DNA from: Mobula hypostoma
Lineage: Eukaryota
Assembly: GCF_963921235.1 (NCBI RefSeq)
Contig: NC_086097.1
Coordinates: forward strand, 11,160,001-11,224,000
Direction of reading: 5' to 3'
DNA length: 64,000 nt
The notes below the pieces were generated by a model that had not been told where the DNA came from, did no database searches, and saw only the letters and a program-made list of their open reading frames with translations. Below, in pieces: positions 36,052 through 48,262 of the stretch (position 1 is the stretch's first letter; every line of letters begins with the position of its first letter). A program made the position numbers and the translations under genes.

Positions 36052-36650
36052 CAATTCTGATTTGATGGAGACGGACGTGAGAGTACGGAGGAACATCTGG
36101 AAAACTTCTGAAATGCCCGCTTCGCTGTCGCTGCTACTGTGTGGTAACCGGAATCTCCAGAGCAGAAGGCCCCGAAATCCTCAGCTTTGCTTGTTTCAGC
36201 AGCCGGGGCGAAGTCAAAGGCACTCGGCAGAGGATGGTGCTCGGGAGGCTGTATCGGAGAGGCTGGTCGGAAGCTCGAAGTTTTCGGACGGATGGACTCA
36301 GTGTCAGCTGTGGTCGGCTGCTTCCAAGGCATCGGCAAGTTGACGGTGCCTGGAGGTTTATGGTAGCGAGTTTCTCCCTTTTACCACCTGCTATCGGGGA
36401 CTCGGGAGTCGATCGACTCGGGGACTTTTGAGACTTTATTTACTGTGTCCATGGTTTGTTCTTCATCAAATTATGCTATTGCTTTGCACTGCTGTAACTA
36501 AATGTTATAATTATATGGTTCTGTCAGTGTTAGTCTTTGGTTTGTCCTGTTTTCTGTGATATCACTCCGGAGAAACATGGTATCATTTCTTAATGCATGT
36601 ATGCATTTCTAAATGACAATAAAAGAGGACTGAGTGTTCTCATAATCTAA
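36052..36650 (+). mobile_element. (TAATC)-tailed non-autonomous element, 5'-truncated (copy 2)
   Basis: Homologous to the reverse complement of 4779-5335; ends aatgacaataaaagaggactg..cataatct. Confidence 0.8.
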
Positions 36651-36848
36651 AAAAAAAGGATTGTAATATTAGCTTGTACCAGATTAAAAGTCACATTAAT
36701 TGATTCCCTTGTGTGACACTGTTCTGCCTGAGGAAGAGCAGGTGTTCAAGGTCATATTTCCCGTGGCAGATTTGTCTTTCTTCACGCCTCTAACCTTAGG
36801 AGAAGCTCTGAAAGACTCACTCCGCCAGCAGGCGGGACTCCGTTAGCT

Positions 36849-37670
36849 CACCATGCTAGTGTAGCAATTAACATGACATTGGAGTTCAGAGTTCATTTCC
36901 GGCATCCTCTGTAAGGAGTTTGCTCATTCTTCCTGCTCAATGGCGTATTTAAGGTATGGCAGGTATGGCAGGTATGGCACATGCCTTGGGCGCCACTAAG
37001 CAATTTCTATTAAAGTCAGACAAGCCATCCTCGGATAGTGAAAAAAGAATTTTCTTCATCTGTATGATCCGTCTCTGATTATCATGGGTAAGAAGCACTA
37101 GGATGGCCTTATTTCAGAGCATTGTGTAAGAAGACCATGAAATGCTTCTTCACGAAGAAGAAGGAAAGTGGAGCTGAAGGACGGAAGAGACGAAAGTTGG
37201 AGGTGGAGGAAGCCAAGAAGTCGAGCAAGTTCTTCATGCCCTTTGAAAAGCCCGGAACAAGTAGCTCGACATGTTCCATGGAGTCGCCTGCACCTGCTAC
37301 AAGTTTGTAGAATCTGAAGGTGGATCAAGTACAAATGCATCACAAGCCGAGGAGGAGTTCAGTGTCGTTAGGTTCAATCTCATCAGGTAAAATACCATCA
37401 ATAAACTCAGCATCACCACCACCACCATCGTCTTCCCCTCCACGTTCTTTGTGGCAGCCTCACTCTTAATCTCATCATACTCAGTGTTTCCTCTTGGTGC
37501 TCCGATTTCCTCTCACAATCCAAAGACATAGCGATTAGTAGTTTAATTGGTCATTGTAAATTGCCTTGTGATTAGGCTAGGGCTCATCACCCTCGGTGGA
37601 TTGCTGTGTGGTGCGGCTCATTGGGGCGGAAGAGCTTGTCCTGTGCTGTATCTCTAAATAGGTAAATAAA
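36849..37670 (+). mobile_element. V-SINE split by a hAT-like insert
   Basis: Head to gtaaggagtttgctcattcttcc at ~36935; body resumes gtttcctcttggtgctccg at ~37485. Confidence 0.7.
36938..37480 (+). mobile_element. hAT (Tip100/ZMYM1-like) 5' terminal fragment
   Basis: Terminus CAATGGCGTATTTAAGGTATGGC..GGGCGCCAC; ORF with KKKESGAEGRKRRKLEVEEAKK, resembling Tip100-type transposase N-termini. Confidence 0.55.
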
Positions 37671-38479
37671 CCTACAGCGAGCTGTTGGCAAGGAGTGGAT
37701 TCACGCTACAGTGATAGGGAGAGGGGATTGGCAGAGTTCTCACAGGGCTGAGAAGAACCCGGCACAGACTCTGAGTACAAAGGACAGTTCTGTTTGTGGG
37801 ATGGGTTTCCTCAATGAATATTTGTACTTTTTGGAGCCCTGAACTGCCACTGCTAAGTGTGAATACAAATCTTGCATTGGCTAAAAATCAATGGTTTCCC
37901 ATCGTGAACACTGAGTAATTTTTAAATTCTGCAAGACAGACTGCAATTATTGGGATTGGAAAAGGAATTGTCACGTACCATGGTACAATGTGTCTTGTAT
38001 ATTGTTCAAATCACTACACAGTACACTGAGGTGGAACTAGGTAAAGCAATAACAATGCAGATGAAAGAGCAACTGCCACAGAGCAAGTGCGAGTCAGACA
38101 GATGATAAGGTGCAAGAACATGACTTAGTCGACTGAGGTCAAGAGTCCATCTTATCCTATAAGGAAACATTCTGCAATCATGTAAGAGTGGGGTAGAAGA
38201 TATCCTTGAGCCTAGTGGTAGGTGCTTTCAGGCTTTTGTATCTGCAGCCTGATGAAAGAGGGGAGAAAAGAGATTGTCTAGGGCGTATGGGATCTTTGCG
38301 TTTCTGAGGCAGAGGGAAGTATAGTCGGAGTCCATGGAGAGGAGGCTGCCCATCCTTAATTGTCCTTGAGAAGGTGGTGGTGATGGAGCTTCTTTAACTA
38401 CTGTAATTTTTAAGGAATTAAATTAAAATTGGCTTTGTAAGCCAGTGCCAAAATGTTTAATTCCCAATATTAGCCATAT

Positions 38480-38754
38480 TTACTTACTGTCCATTATCCC
38501 ACTGTCATTTAGGGCAGCAATGAAGTTTCTTCATCTCTATCTGTACAGAAGAATTATTAATTGTTGTTTCTGTAACAATTGTTTATTAACCAGTCAGGGT
38601 TGAGGACCAGTAGACCACGTTTAGCTTGGCCTCTACCCTTTGACCTGTTTGGCATGAGTGACCCTACCAAGACCCAAAGCATACAGCCCTCACTCCAACC
38701 AACTTAGCTCTTCAGAACATTGAGGCACACAAACCTCCAAACCCTACGACCAAG
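38480..38754 (-). mobile_element. Bipartite Expander-like RTE non-autonomous element (copy 2)
   Basis: Homologous to the reverse complement of 12646-13018; (TAAG) tail. Confidence 0.65.
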
Positions 38755-39625
38755 TATTGGAAGAGTACTAGTCATGCAGTGATGGAAAAGTAGCTAAAAG
38801 AGATAATGGATCTCTGACAAAAGAGCTGGGAATCCAGGAGACCCTGTACAATTACACACTACAGCAGATGCAGGGGAGGAATAGCTGTTACATGGTGAAA
38901 CTAAGGGAGTTACACAGTAAATAATAGGACTTAAAATAATTTACAAAGGCAATCTTCTTTCATCACCAGTCCATTCCTTTTTTCACCTCTGCTTTAGTCT
39001 TCTTAAACCTTTCCCCAACCATGTAAAGGACAAACAATCTCCACTATTCACTTCAGCTCAGCTCCACCACTCTCTTACCATTCCAGAGAAGGCCACCGAA
39101 GTTTGTCCAACCTCTCTTTATAGTACGTGCCTTCAAATTCAAACTGCATCCTGGTAAGCTTCTTCTGCATGCCCTCCAAAGCCGCCACATTCTTCCTAAA
39201 AGATGACTACCAGGATTAAATACAATACCCCTGATATGGCTGAACAGAGTATTATAAAGCTACAGCATTTTTATTCAGAGATTATGAGCATCTATGTCAA
39301 GAAAGTTTTGCTGCGATAAATGTAAGATTGAGGTAGATCTGCTGCTGCCTAGGATCACTGATTACCTACGATCTGGATCGTGCTGTTTCTTTCATCTGTC
39401 CAAGATACCTGCATGTGATCAACTTCTCTAGGGTGTCGACATCCAATGAGACCAGCATGACCAGAAACAGCACATGGTAGGCCGCAGTACAAGTAGCACA
39501 CTAAGCTAAGAAAAGCCTGGTTGGACTGGCCTAGTGAATTCCACTAGGCTTACTAGCTAAGCCACAAGTTAAAGCTTATCCCCATTACCACCTTCCTCCC
39601 AGCTATGACACCTTAAGGAACCTGA

Positions 39626-39993
39626 CTTTATACTTTATACTTTATTGTCGCCAAACAATTGATACTAGAACGTACAATCATCATAGCGATATTCGATTCT
39701 GCGCTTCCCGCTACCTGGATTACAAATTGATAGTAAATATTAAAAACTTAAATTATAAATCATAAATAGAAAATAGAAAAATGGAAAGTAATGTAGTGCA
39801 AAAAAACCAAGATGCAGGTCCGGATATTTGGCGGATATGGCCCAGATCCAGGTCAGGATCCATTCAGCAGTCTTATCACAGTTGGAAAGAAGCTGTTCCC
39901 AAATCTGGCCGTATGAGTCTTCAAGCTCCTGAGCCTTCTCCTGGAGGGAAGAGGGACGAAAAGTGTGTTGGCTGGGTGGGTCGTGTCCTTGAT
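39626..39993 (-). mobile_element. Rex1/Babar-type LINE 3' end with (TATAAAG)n tail
   Basis: Near-identical to 45596-45995; minus strand encodes ..RFGNSFFPTVIRLLNGS. Confidence 0.85.
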
Positions 39994-39995
39994 TG

Positions 39996-40295
39996 TCCTT
40001 TACAGAGGTTTATAAAGTTATGAGGAGCATGGATAGGGTCAATGGCGACAGCCATTTTCCTAGGACAGAGGAATCTAAAATTAGAAGGCATAGATTTAAG
40101 TTGAGAAGGGAAAAATTTAAAGGTGACCTGAGGGGCAACTTTTTCCACACAGAGGGTGATGGGTATGTGAAATAGAGTTGTCGGTGGAAGTGGTAGAGGT
40201 GGGTGTAAATACAACATTTAAGATATATTTGAACAGGTAGGTGGATGGAACAGTTTTAGAGAGGTATCGGTCAAAGGCAGTCAAATGGGACTGTT
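39996..40295 (+). mobile_element. CR1 3' fragment
   Basis: EVYKVMRSMDRV..RRHRFKLRREKFKGDLRGNFF. Confidence 0.85.
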
Positions 40296-41839
40296 CATAC
40301 AGTAAGGCAGATCAACACCTCCACCCACGAAGCCATTCCTCCACACCCCCAACCACCACTACTTTATCATTTCCTGTCAGAATCACCTTATGCACAGACA
40401 CTCCTGTGCCTAGTGTCACTATATGGAAAAGCAATCTGTGTATATAAGCTATATTTTTTTATTATTGTGTTCTTCACCTTAGTGTTTTTCTTTGTGTGCT
40501 GCATTGGATCCAGAGTAACAATTATTTCACTCTCCTTCACACTTGTGTACTGGACGTGACGTTAAACAATCTTGAGTCTTGAGGTGAGGAAGAAGAGATT
40601 TAAAGTTTTGACATAGGCTCAACAATCAACCTGAAGGCTTAATTCTGCCATTTTCTTCCACGATTTCCAATAAGTACCTTCTCTTGAGCTAATTTGATAG
40701 TCGCAGATAATTAGAAATAATTTAAAGTATGCATGTGCCCTTTAACAACATATTGAATAAAAACATCAAGGCATATCTTGCTGGTTGGAGTTGGCAGTTC
40801 CCCTGCGTTCAGCTGGTCAAACTTGCACAAGTCTCAGAATTTTGCGTATGTGCTGTCGAACGCGGAAGTCCGAGGCTAACTGAGTGACAGATGGCGCTGC
40901 ATCTGTTCCTCACCTCCATCACTGCATTCACCTGGCGCAGGATCGGAGAGCCCATTGATCTCTTTGGGAGTTCGAGACTCGTAGATTACGAGGCAAAGAG
41001 GCAAGGAAGTTGTTTTAATAATTCCACTTTAATGCTTTTAATCAGTTCTGTGCTTTATATATTGCAAAGTTCAAAGTTCAGAGTTCAAAGTCAATTTATT
41101 ATTAAGTTACATATATGTCACTATATACAACTTTGGGATTCATTTTCTTACAGGAATATTCAGTAAATCCAAGAACCATAATGGAATCAATGAAAGATTG
41201 CATCCAACAGGGCTTTCAACTAGTGTGCAAAAGACACAAACTGTGCAAATACAACAGGAAAAAAAGAAATAATAAGAAATAAGTAAGTAATAAATATCAA
41301 GAACATGTGACTGAGTCCTTGAAAGCAAGTCCATAGGTTGTGGGAACAGTTCGGTGTTGAGGTGTGTGAAGTTATCCCCTCTGGTTCAAGAGCCTGATGG
41401 TTGAGTGCTAATAACTTCCCTGAACCTAGTGTTGTTAATTTTCCATGAACTTTTCTTCATATTTATTTCAACTTCAGTCATTTTTAAATGTCTCCAATTG
41501 TCAGAGGTGTGTAACATTTTTAAAATTAGTAAAGCATTGATGGGAGACAAAGGTTTGCAAATTGTACACGACCACACACCTGACTATCCCTGTCTCTCCT
41601 CACTAACAGATCACTTTTCTCTTTGGGGCCTGAGGCCATGAGTTCATTCAGACTTCGTCTCCTGATCTAAGAGTGTGAAAGCCCTATGGGGTCTGCTCAC
41701 ATCCAACTATGTTGTGAGTAAGCAGGGACTGTGGGTGGCAAACTCCAGCAGGGGTCAGCTGTAGCAAGATATAGTCCATTATCTCATTAAAAACATATTG
41801 AAGGACAGAAATAGAATTCAAACTATTGCCACTTCTTAA

Positions 41840-42190
41840 AATCATAGTCAGAGACCCCTACGGTACAGAAACAGGCTTTCCAGTCCACCTAGTCCATACG
41901 CAACTATTAATCCACCTCGTCCCATCAATGTGCACCTGCACCATAGGCCTCCATACCCCTCTCATCCATGTACCTGTCCAAATTTCTCTTAAACGTTGAA
42001 ATCAAACTGTCATCCATCACTTGCATTGCAGCTCGCTCCACACTTTCACCACCCTTTGAGTGAAGAAGTTCCCCCTCAGGTTGCCCTTAAACATTTCACT
42101 TTTCACTGTTAAGCCATGACCTTTAGTTCCAGACTCTCTCAACCTCAGCAGAAAAAGCCTGCTTCCATTTACCCTGGCTATGCCCTTCAT
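41840..42190 (-). mobile_element. CR1 3' fragment
   Basis: GHGLTVKSEMFKGNLRGNFFTQRVVKVWSEL. Confidence 0.85.
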
Positions 42191-42191
42191 T

Positions 42192-42574
42192 TGGCTGGGA
42201 AGGTGCAGATACCTCTCTACCAAAGGAGCTGTAAGGTGCCCCTTCCCTTTGCTGGCCTGCAGGTCACCCTTGGGCAAGGTGTAGCACTTGCTTAGCCTCC
42301 CAGTCAGGGTCACGTGAAGCCATGCGAGCTGGTGGTGAATGGCTGTGTGAGCAGCTGATGCATATCACAAGTCCTGGCTATGCGACCACCGATACCAGGC
42401 AGACAATCTCTGAAGAGTATTGATAATGGCTGGGGTCACCCATCTTGTAAAGACACTGTCCAGAAGGGGGCAATGGCAAACCACTTCTGTAAAAAATTTG
42501 CCAAGAACAATCTTGGTCATGGAAGACCATGATCGCCTTATAATCCCAGGTGCCATATAATGATGCTGATGATG
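42192..42574 (+). mobile_element. ~370-bp RTE(BovB)-type SINE (copy 2)
   Basis: ggcaatggcaaaccacttctgtaaaaaatttgccaagaac motif and (GAT)n tail. Confidence 0.85.
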
Positions 42575-42699
42575 TTGACCCTAGGTGACCATCCAGCTCA
42601 TCTAAGCTGCTTATTATTTTTTATAACTCTGTAAGATCAGCCCTGAACTTCTCATCCTGCAGAGTAAGCCAAGCGAGCAGCATGGGACCGTACCGGGGT

Positions 42700-42982
42700 A
42701 CCATGGTGGCATAGCAGTTAGCACAACACTATTATAGCTGAGGGCATTGGAGTTCAGAGTTCAATTCCTGCGTCGTCTGCGAGCAGTTTGCACGTTCTCC
42801 CTGTGACCGCACGGTTTTCTGCCGGGTGCTCCGGTTTCTGGTCACAGCCCAAATATGCACTGAGTATTAGGTCATTGTAAATTGTCCTGTGATTAGGCTA
42901 GGGTTAAATACATGGGTCGCTGGGCAGCGCAGGTTCACTGGGCCGGAAGGCCTGATCCACCCTGTAACGATAAATAAATAAA
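42700..42982 (+). mobile_element. V-SINE (HE1-like)
   Basis: tRNA-like head, core and (AAAT)n tail. Confidence 0.85.
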
Positions 42983-43192
42983 CAGTCCCAGCCTATTCGC
43001 TCTCTCCTCAGAACTGAAGGCCTTCAGACCCAGCAACAGCCTTTCGAATTTTTTCTGCACCCGCTCTAGCCTAATCACGTTCTTCCTATAGCGTGTGCAA
43101 CCAGAACTGTACACAATATTCCAGGGCCCATCGCATCAAGAAGCATTGTTCAGGCATTGGGGCTAAACACAATAACAATGGCTGAAGTAGGC

Positions 43193-43258
43193 CAGGGGTC
43201 CATGGACCCCTCAGTTAATGGTAGAGGTTCATGGCATAAACAAGCTTGGGAACCCCTA
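43193..43258. mobile_element. hAT/Charlie-type MITE, internally deleted
   Basis: Ends TTGGGAACCCCTA followed by CTCTAGGC. Confidence 0.65.
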
Positions 43259-43482
43259 CTCTAGGCAAATACCCGTTTCAATTACCCTGCTTGAAACAAT
43301 TTTTCCAAGTGGGTTAGCACACTCAACCTGAAACAATCCTACTTTGGCATGAGTTACAAATTGCATTTCGAAATGCTTGAAGGAGTAGATGAAAAACACC
43401 ACACTGTGAAATCTGTGGCTTTTGCTGTGCCTTGTTGCCGGGGTGGATTTTCAATCTGTATTTGGCTGGGCGATAAATGATT

Positions 43483-43650
43483 AACACATACAAAATACTG
43501 GAGGAACTCAGCAAGTCAGGCAGCAACTATGGAAATGAATAAACAGTCAACATTTCGGGCCAAGACCCTTCATCAGGACTGGGAAGGAAGGGGTAAGAAG
43601 CTAGGATAAGAAGGTGAGGGGTGGGGGAAAGAGTACAAGCAAGTAGGTGG
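43483..43650 (-). mobile_element. Penelope-derived terminal fragment with hammerhead motif (43544-43581)
   Basis: Minus strand CAGTC-CTGATGA-agggtcttggccc-GAAA-t-GTT-GACTG. Confidence 0.8.
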
Positions 43651-43809
43651 AAACACCTGAGTGTTTGAAGATGACCGTGGGGTGGTGAGACCGCTCGTCT
43701 TTAGTACTAACATAGGCACTTATGTCAGGTACTAAAAGGTGGACATGGACTGGATCCAGTCTAAATCAATACCCCTGGAGAACTGGGAATGGGTTTGGAA
43801 AGGCTTATT

Positions 43810-44570
43810 TAAGATTTAGATTATTTGTTATTATTTGTGACAGCACAAGTGCAAGGGAGAACGAAATAATTGCTACTCTTGATCCAATGCAGCACAATAA
43901 AAGCACAATAAGCATATAAGACACAATAAGCAAAAAACACATTAAACATAAATACATATACATAGATTGATTGAATGTCCACAAGGTGACGCTAGCCACA
44001 GGAGTGTCTGTACGCAAGCTGACTGACAGAAAATGATAAAGTGGTCTGATGGGGATGTATGGGGGGTGGGTCAGTGGGTGGAGGTGTTGATCAGCTTTAC
44101 TGCCTGGGAAAAGTAACTTTCTTTGAGCCTGGTTGTCCTGGCACTGACGCTGTGTTGCCTCCTCCCCAACGGGAGTGTGGAAAACAGTCTATGAGCAGGA
44201 CTGGGTGTGATCTTTTATGACTTTGCTGGCCTTTTCCCTGACACCTTTTTGTATGTACTTCATGTCTTTGAATATGGGTAGACTGGTGCTTGTGATGTGT
44301 TGGGTGGTTTTAACGACCTGTTGTAGAGCTCTCCTGTCCGTTGCAGAGTGGTTACCACACCACACAGTGATGCAGCAGTCTAGGATGCTCTCAGTGGTGC
44401 ATCTGTAGAAGGTCAAGAGAATCGATGTGTAAAGACCAGCCCCTCAGAAAATAGAAGCATTGTGAGCTTTCTTAACTGCAGCGGATGTGTTCTGGGACTA
44501 TAAGAGAATGTGCACTCCCAGGAGTTTGAAACTGCTCACAGTTTTCACTGCTGTGGTGCCAATATGAAGA
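43810..44570 (-). mobile_element. Rex1/Babar-type LINE 3' part
   Basis: TFYRCTTESILDCCITVWCGNHSATDRRALQQVVKT. Confidence 0.85.
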
Positions 44571-44607
44571 TTTTGTGCCATAGTATAAGGTGACTTTGTT
44601 TTCATAA

Positions 44608-44890
44608 AACCATAGGACATAGGAGCAGAATAAGGCTATTCACCTTGTCAAGTCTGTTCTCCATTCCATTATGGCTGATTTATTATCCCTCTCAACCCCA
44701 TTCTTCTACCCTTCCTAGTAGCCTGAGTCACCCTTACTGATCAAAAACCTATCAACCTCCATTCTAAATATGCCCAATGTCTTGGCCTCCACGGCCATGA
44801 GTGACAATGAATTCCATAGATTCACCACCCTCTGGTTAAAGAAATTCCTCCTCTACTCTGTTCTAAATAGATGTCCCTCTATTCTGAGAC
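44608..44890 (-). mobile_element. CR1 3' end
   Basis: accataggacataggagcagaa tail; gaattccatagattcaccaccctctggttaaagaaattcc. Confidence 0.8.
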
Positions 44891-45595
44891 TCTTTTCATC
44901 ATAATGATGAGGAAAAAAAATTCAGGTATTTTAAGGGCAGATTTCCCTGGATAAATTTAACTGGCATACTAATGCCAACTTATTGAAATACTTATTAAAG
45001 TTTCACAATTGAGGCTTCATGATAGCTGAAGCTGTAGTGTTAAATGATGGAGATTATCTGAGACAGATTAATAAATGAGTTTTGAATTAAACTGAAGGAA
45101 ATGAACAGATGACTAAAACTTCAACTAGCCTAGTCCTTGATGGCTCCGGAGAGGAAGCATACAGTTCACCTGAGGCCTTATACAGGGAACCTAGAATCTA
45201 ATAGACACATGTAATAACATTATCATTTAATAAATTGCCTTTTGGTTCTACCAAAATCAAACTTAATGGAGCAATTTTAACCTAATCTACAGTTGGAAAA
45301 CTGTCTGGATCATGTTAGGAGCTAGGGTTGGAGATGCAATTCAATTTTGATCTTTGTTAACTTGAGTGTGCAGCAGAATCATATAGTGTGTGAAATTGAT
45401 TTTCCGTGTAGTGTTGGTGAGTTAGATTAAAATTATACTTAAGTCCTTTAATCGGGATGGCCCCATGAAACAAAGGAGCACATGATAATTTTTTTTTTTA
45501 ACTGAGAATGAAACTGAGAAGCCCAAACTGCTTACTTCAACCTCCACAATGCTAGCTTATATCATTTTCATTGGTGTGACATTAACCCAAAATGA

Positions 45596-46247
45596 ATACT
45601 TTACTTTATACTTTATTGTCGCCAAACAATTGATACTAGAACGTACAATCATCACAGCAATATTTTATTCTGCGCTTTCTGCTCCCTGGATTACAAATAT
45701 TAAATATTTAAAATATTTAAAATAGTAAAAATTAGTAAATATTAAGAATTTAAATTATAAATCATAAATAGAAAATAGAAAAATGGAAAGTAATGTAGTG
45801 CAAAAAAACCGAGAGGCAGGTCCAGATATTTGGAGGGTACGGCCCAGATCTGGGTCAGGATCCATTCAGCAGTCTTATCACAGTTGGAAAGAAGCTGTTC
45901 CCAAATCTGGCCGTACGAGTCTTCAAGCTCCTGAGCCTTCTCCTGGAGGGGAAAGGGACGAAAAGTGTGTTGGCTGGGTGGGTCGTGTCCTTGATTATCC
46001 TGACAGCACTGCTCTGACAGCGTGTGGTGTAAAGTGAGTCCAAGGACGGAAGATTGGTTTGTGTGATGTGCTGCACCATGTTCACGATCTTCTGCAGCTT
46101 CTTTCGGTCTTGGACAGGACAACTTCCATACCAGGTTGTGATGCACTCTAGAAGAATGCTTTCTACGGTGCATCTATAAAAATTAGTGAGGGTTTTAGGG
46201 GACAGGCCAAATTTCTTTAGTTTTCTCAGGAAGTAAAGGCACTTGAA
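45596..46247 (-). mobile_element. Rex1/Babar-type LINE 3' part, young
   Basis: Open minus frame LYFLRKLKKFGLSPKTLTNFYRCTVESIL..SFFPTVIRLLNGS; (TATAAAG)n tail. Confidence 0.9.
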
Positions 46248-46354
46248 TTGCCGCCAATAACTCAAGTTCCACCTTCCGTACACCTCAGTATGTCTAATAC
46301 TTATTCATCATGTGGAGGCTACCTATCTCCAATAGAATGTAACTTAGAATACCT

Positions 46355-46730
46355 CAAAACCATAAGATATAGGAGCAGAATTAGGTCATTTGGCCCATCG
46401 ACTCTACTCTGCCATTTAATCATGGCTGATCCATTTTCCCTTTCAGCCCAATCTCCTGACCTTCTCCCATATCCCCGCATGCCCTGACTAATCAAGGAAC
46501 TATTAACCTCTGCCTTAAATATACATAAAGACTTGGCCTCCACAGACTCAACACTCTCTGGCTAAAGAAATTCCTCCTCAACTCTGTTCTAAATGAACAC
46601 CTCTCTATTCTGACGCTATATCCTCTAGCCTTAGACTTCTCCACCATAGAAAACATCCTCTCTACACCCACAGTATAGAGACATTTCATCATTCCATAGG
46701 TTTCAATTAGGTCACCCCTCATTCTTCTGT
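46355..46730 (-). mobile_element. CR1 3' end
   Basis: RRMRGDLIETY..FRTELRRNFFSQRV. Confidence 0.85.
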
Positions 46731-46811
46731 AAACCAAAGCAATTTCCTTATACAATTACAAATCATTGCTCTACTCTGCAATCATAATCCACCTTTATAT
46801 CACATCTAGAT

Positions 46812-47260
46812 TTCCAAGGATGTTGCCTGGATTGGGGAGCATGCCTTATGAGAATAGGTTGAGTGAACTCGGCTTTTTCTCCTTGGAGTGACGGAGGATG
46901 AGAGGTGACCTGATAGAGGTGTATAAGATGATGAGAGGCATTGATCATGTGGATAGTCAGAGGCTTTCCCCCGGGGCTGAAATGGCTAGCATGATAGGGC
47001 ACAGTTTTAAGGTGCTTGGAAGCAGGTACAGAGGAGATGTCAGTGGTAAGTTTTTTACGCAGAGAGTGGTTAGTGTATGGAACGGGCTGCCACCAATGGT
47101 GGTGGAGGCAGATACGAGAGGATCTTTTAAGAGACTCCTGGATAGGTACATGGAGCTTAGAAAAATAGGCTACCTGGGTAACCCTAGGTAACTTCTAAGT
47201 AAGTAAATGTTCGGCACAGCATTGTTGGCCAAAGGGCCTGTATTGTGCTTCTATGTTTCT
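46812..47260 (+). mobile_element. CR1 3' end
   Basis: MRGDLIEVYKMMRGID..FFTQRVVSVWNGLP; ctatgtttct tail. Confidence 0.9.
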
Positions 47261-47292
47261 AATAATCAATAATAACAACTATTACTCTAGTG

Positions 47293-47373
47293 CAGGGGTT
47301 CCCAACCTCTTTTTATGCATTGGCCCGACATCATTAACGAAGGGGTCTATGGACCCTCGGTTGGGAACCCCTA
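47293..47373. mobile_element. 81-bp hAT/Charlie-type MITE (best copy)
   Basis: TIRs CAGGGGTTCCCAACC / GGTTGGGAACCCCTA; 8-bp TSD ctctagtg / ctctggta (6 of 8 match). Confidence 0.85.
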
Positions 47374-47982
47374 CTCTGGTATATGGATTTCGTCCTCACC
47401 ATCAACCACGCAGCAAATATCTGTATGCTTTGAAAAAAATTCTCAAACATAGCCCCCATAGCTAGTTCTAACTGAGTGAGAACTAAAGCAGGAATAATTT
47501 ATAGGAAGGATGTGATTGAACTGCAGGGAGTGCAGAGGAGATTCATCATGTTAAAGTTGTATTGGAGCACTTTAGATACGGCAAGAGATGAATAAACGTG
47601 GCTTTTTTCGCTGGAGTGAAGAAGGCTGAGATGTGATCTGACAGAATTATGAGAGACATAAGTAAGGTAGAAAGTCAAAATTCTCTTCCCGTTGCTGGAT
47701 TATCAAAAAAAAACAAGAGGGCATAGGCTTAAGGTGAGAGGAAGAAGTTTTAGAGAGGATCCCAGGAGTAATCTTTTTATAACACAGAATGTAGTTGATA
47801 TCTAGAATGTGCGGTTAGACGAGTTGGTGGAATCAGAAACATTTAATATATTTAAGAGGTATTTAGGTGCACATTTAACTATGCAATGGATAGATGGATA
47901 TGAGCAAATGGGCAAAAATTTATTGGCAAGGATGCCATGAGACGAAGACCTTGTTTCTAAGCTGGAGAACTTTATATGAATT

Positions 47983-48262
47983 ATTTATTGAGATACAGCA
48001 TGGAAAAGGCCATTTCGGCCCTTTGAACCATGTCACTCAGCAGCCCCCGATTACACCCTAGCCTAATCACGAGACAATTTACAATGACCAATTAATCTGC
48101 CAACTGGTACGTCTTTGGACTGTGGGAGGAAACCAGAGCACGGGGAGGAAACCCACGTAGTCACGTGGAGAACGTACAGACTCCTTGCAGACTATGGTGG
48201 GAATCGAACCCATGTCGCGGGTACTGTAAAGTGCTGTGCTAACCACTATGCTACCGTGCTGC
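47983..48262 (-). mobile_element. V-SINE (HE1-like), full length
   Basis: Complete head, core and tail on the minus strand. Confidence 0.9.
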
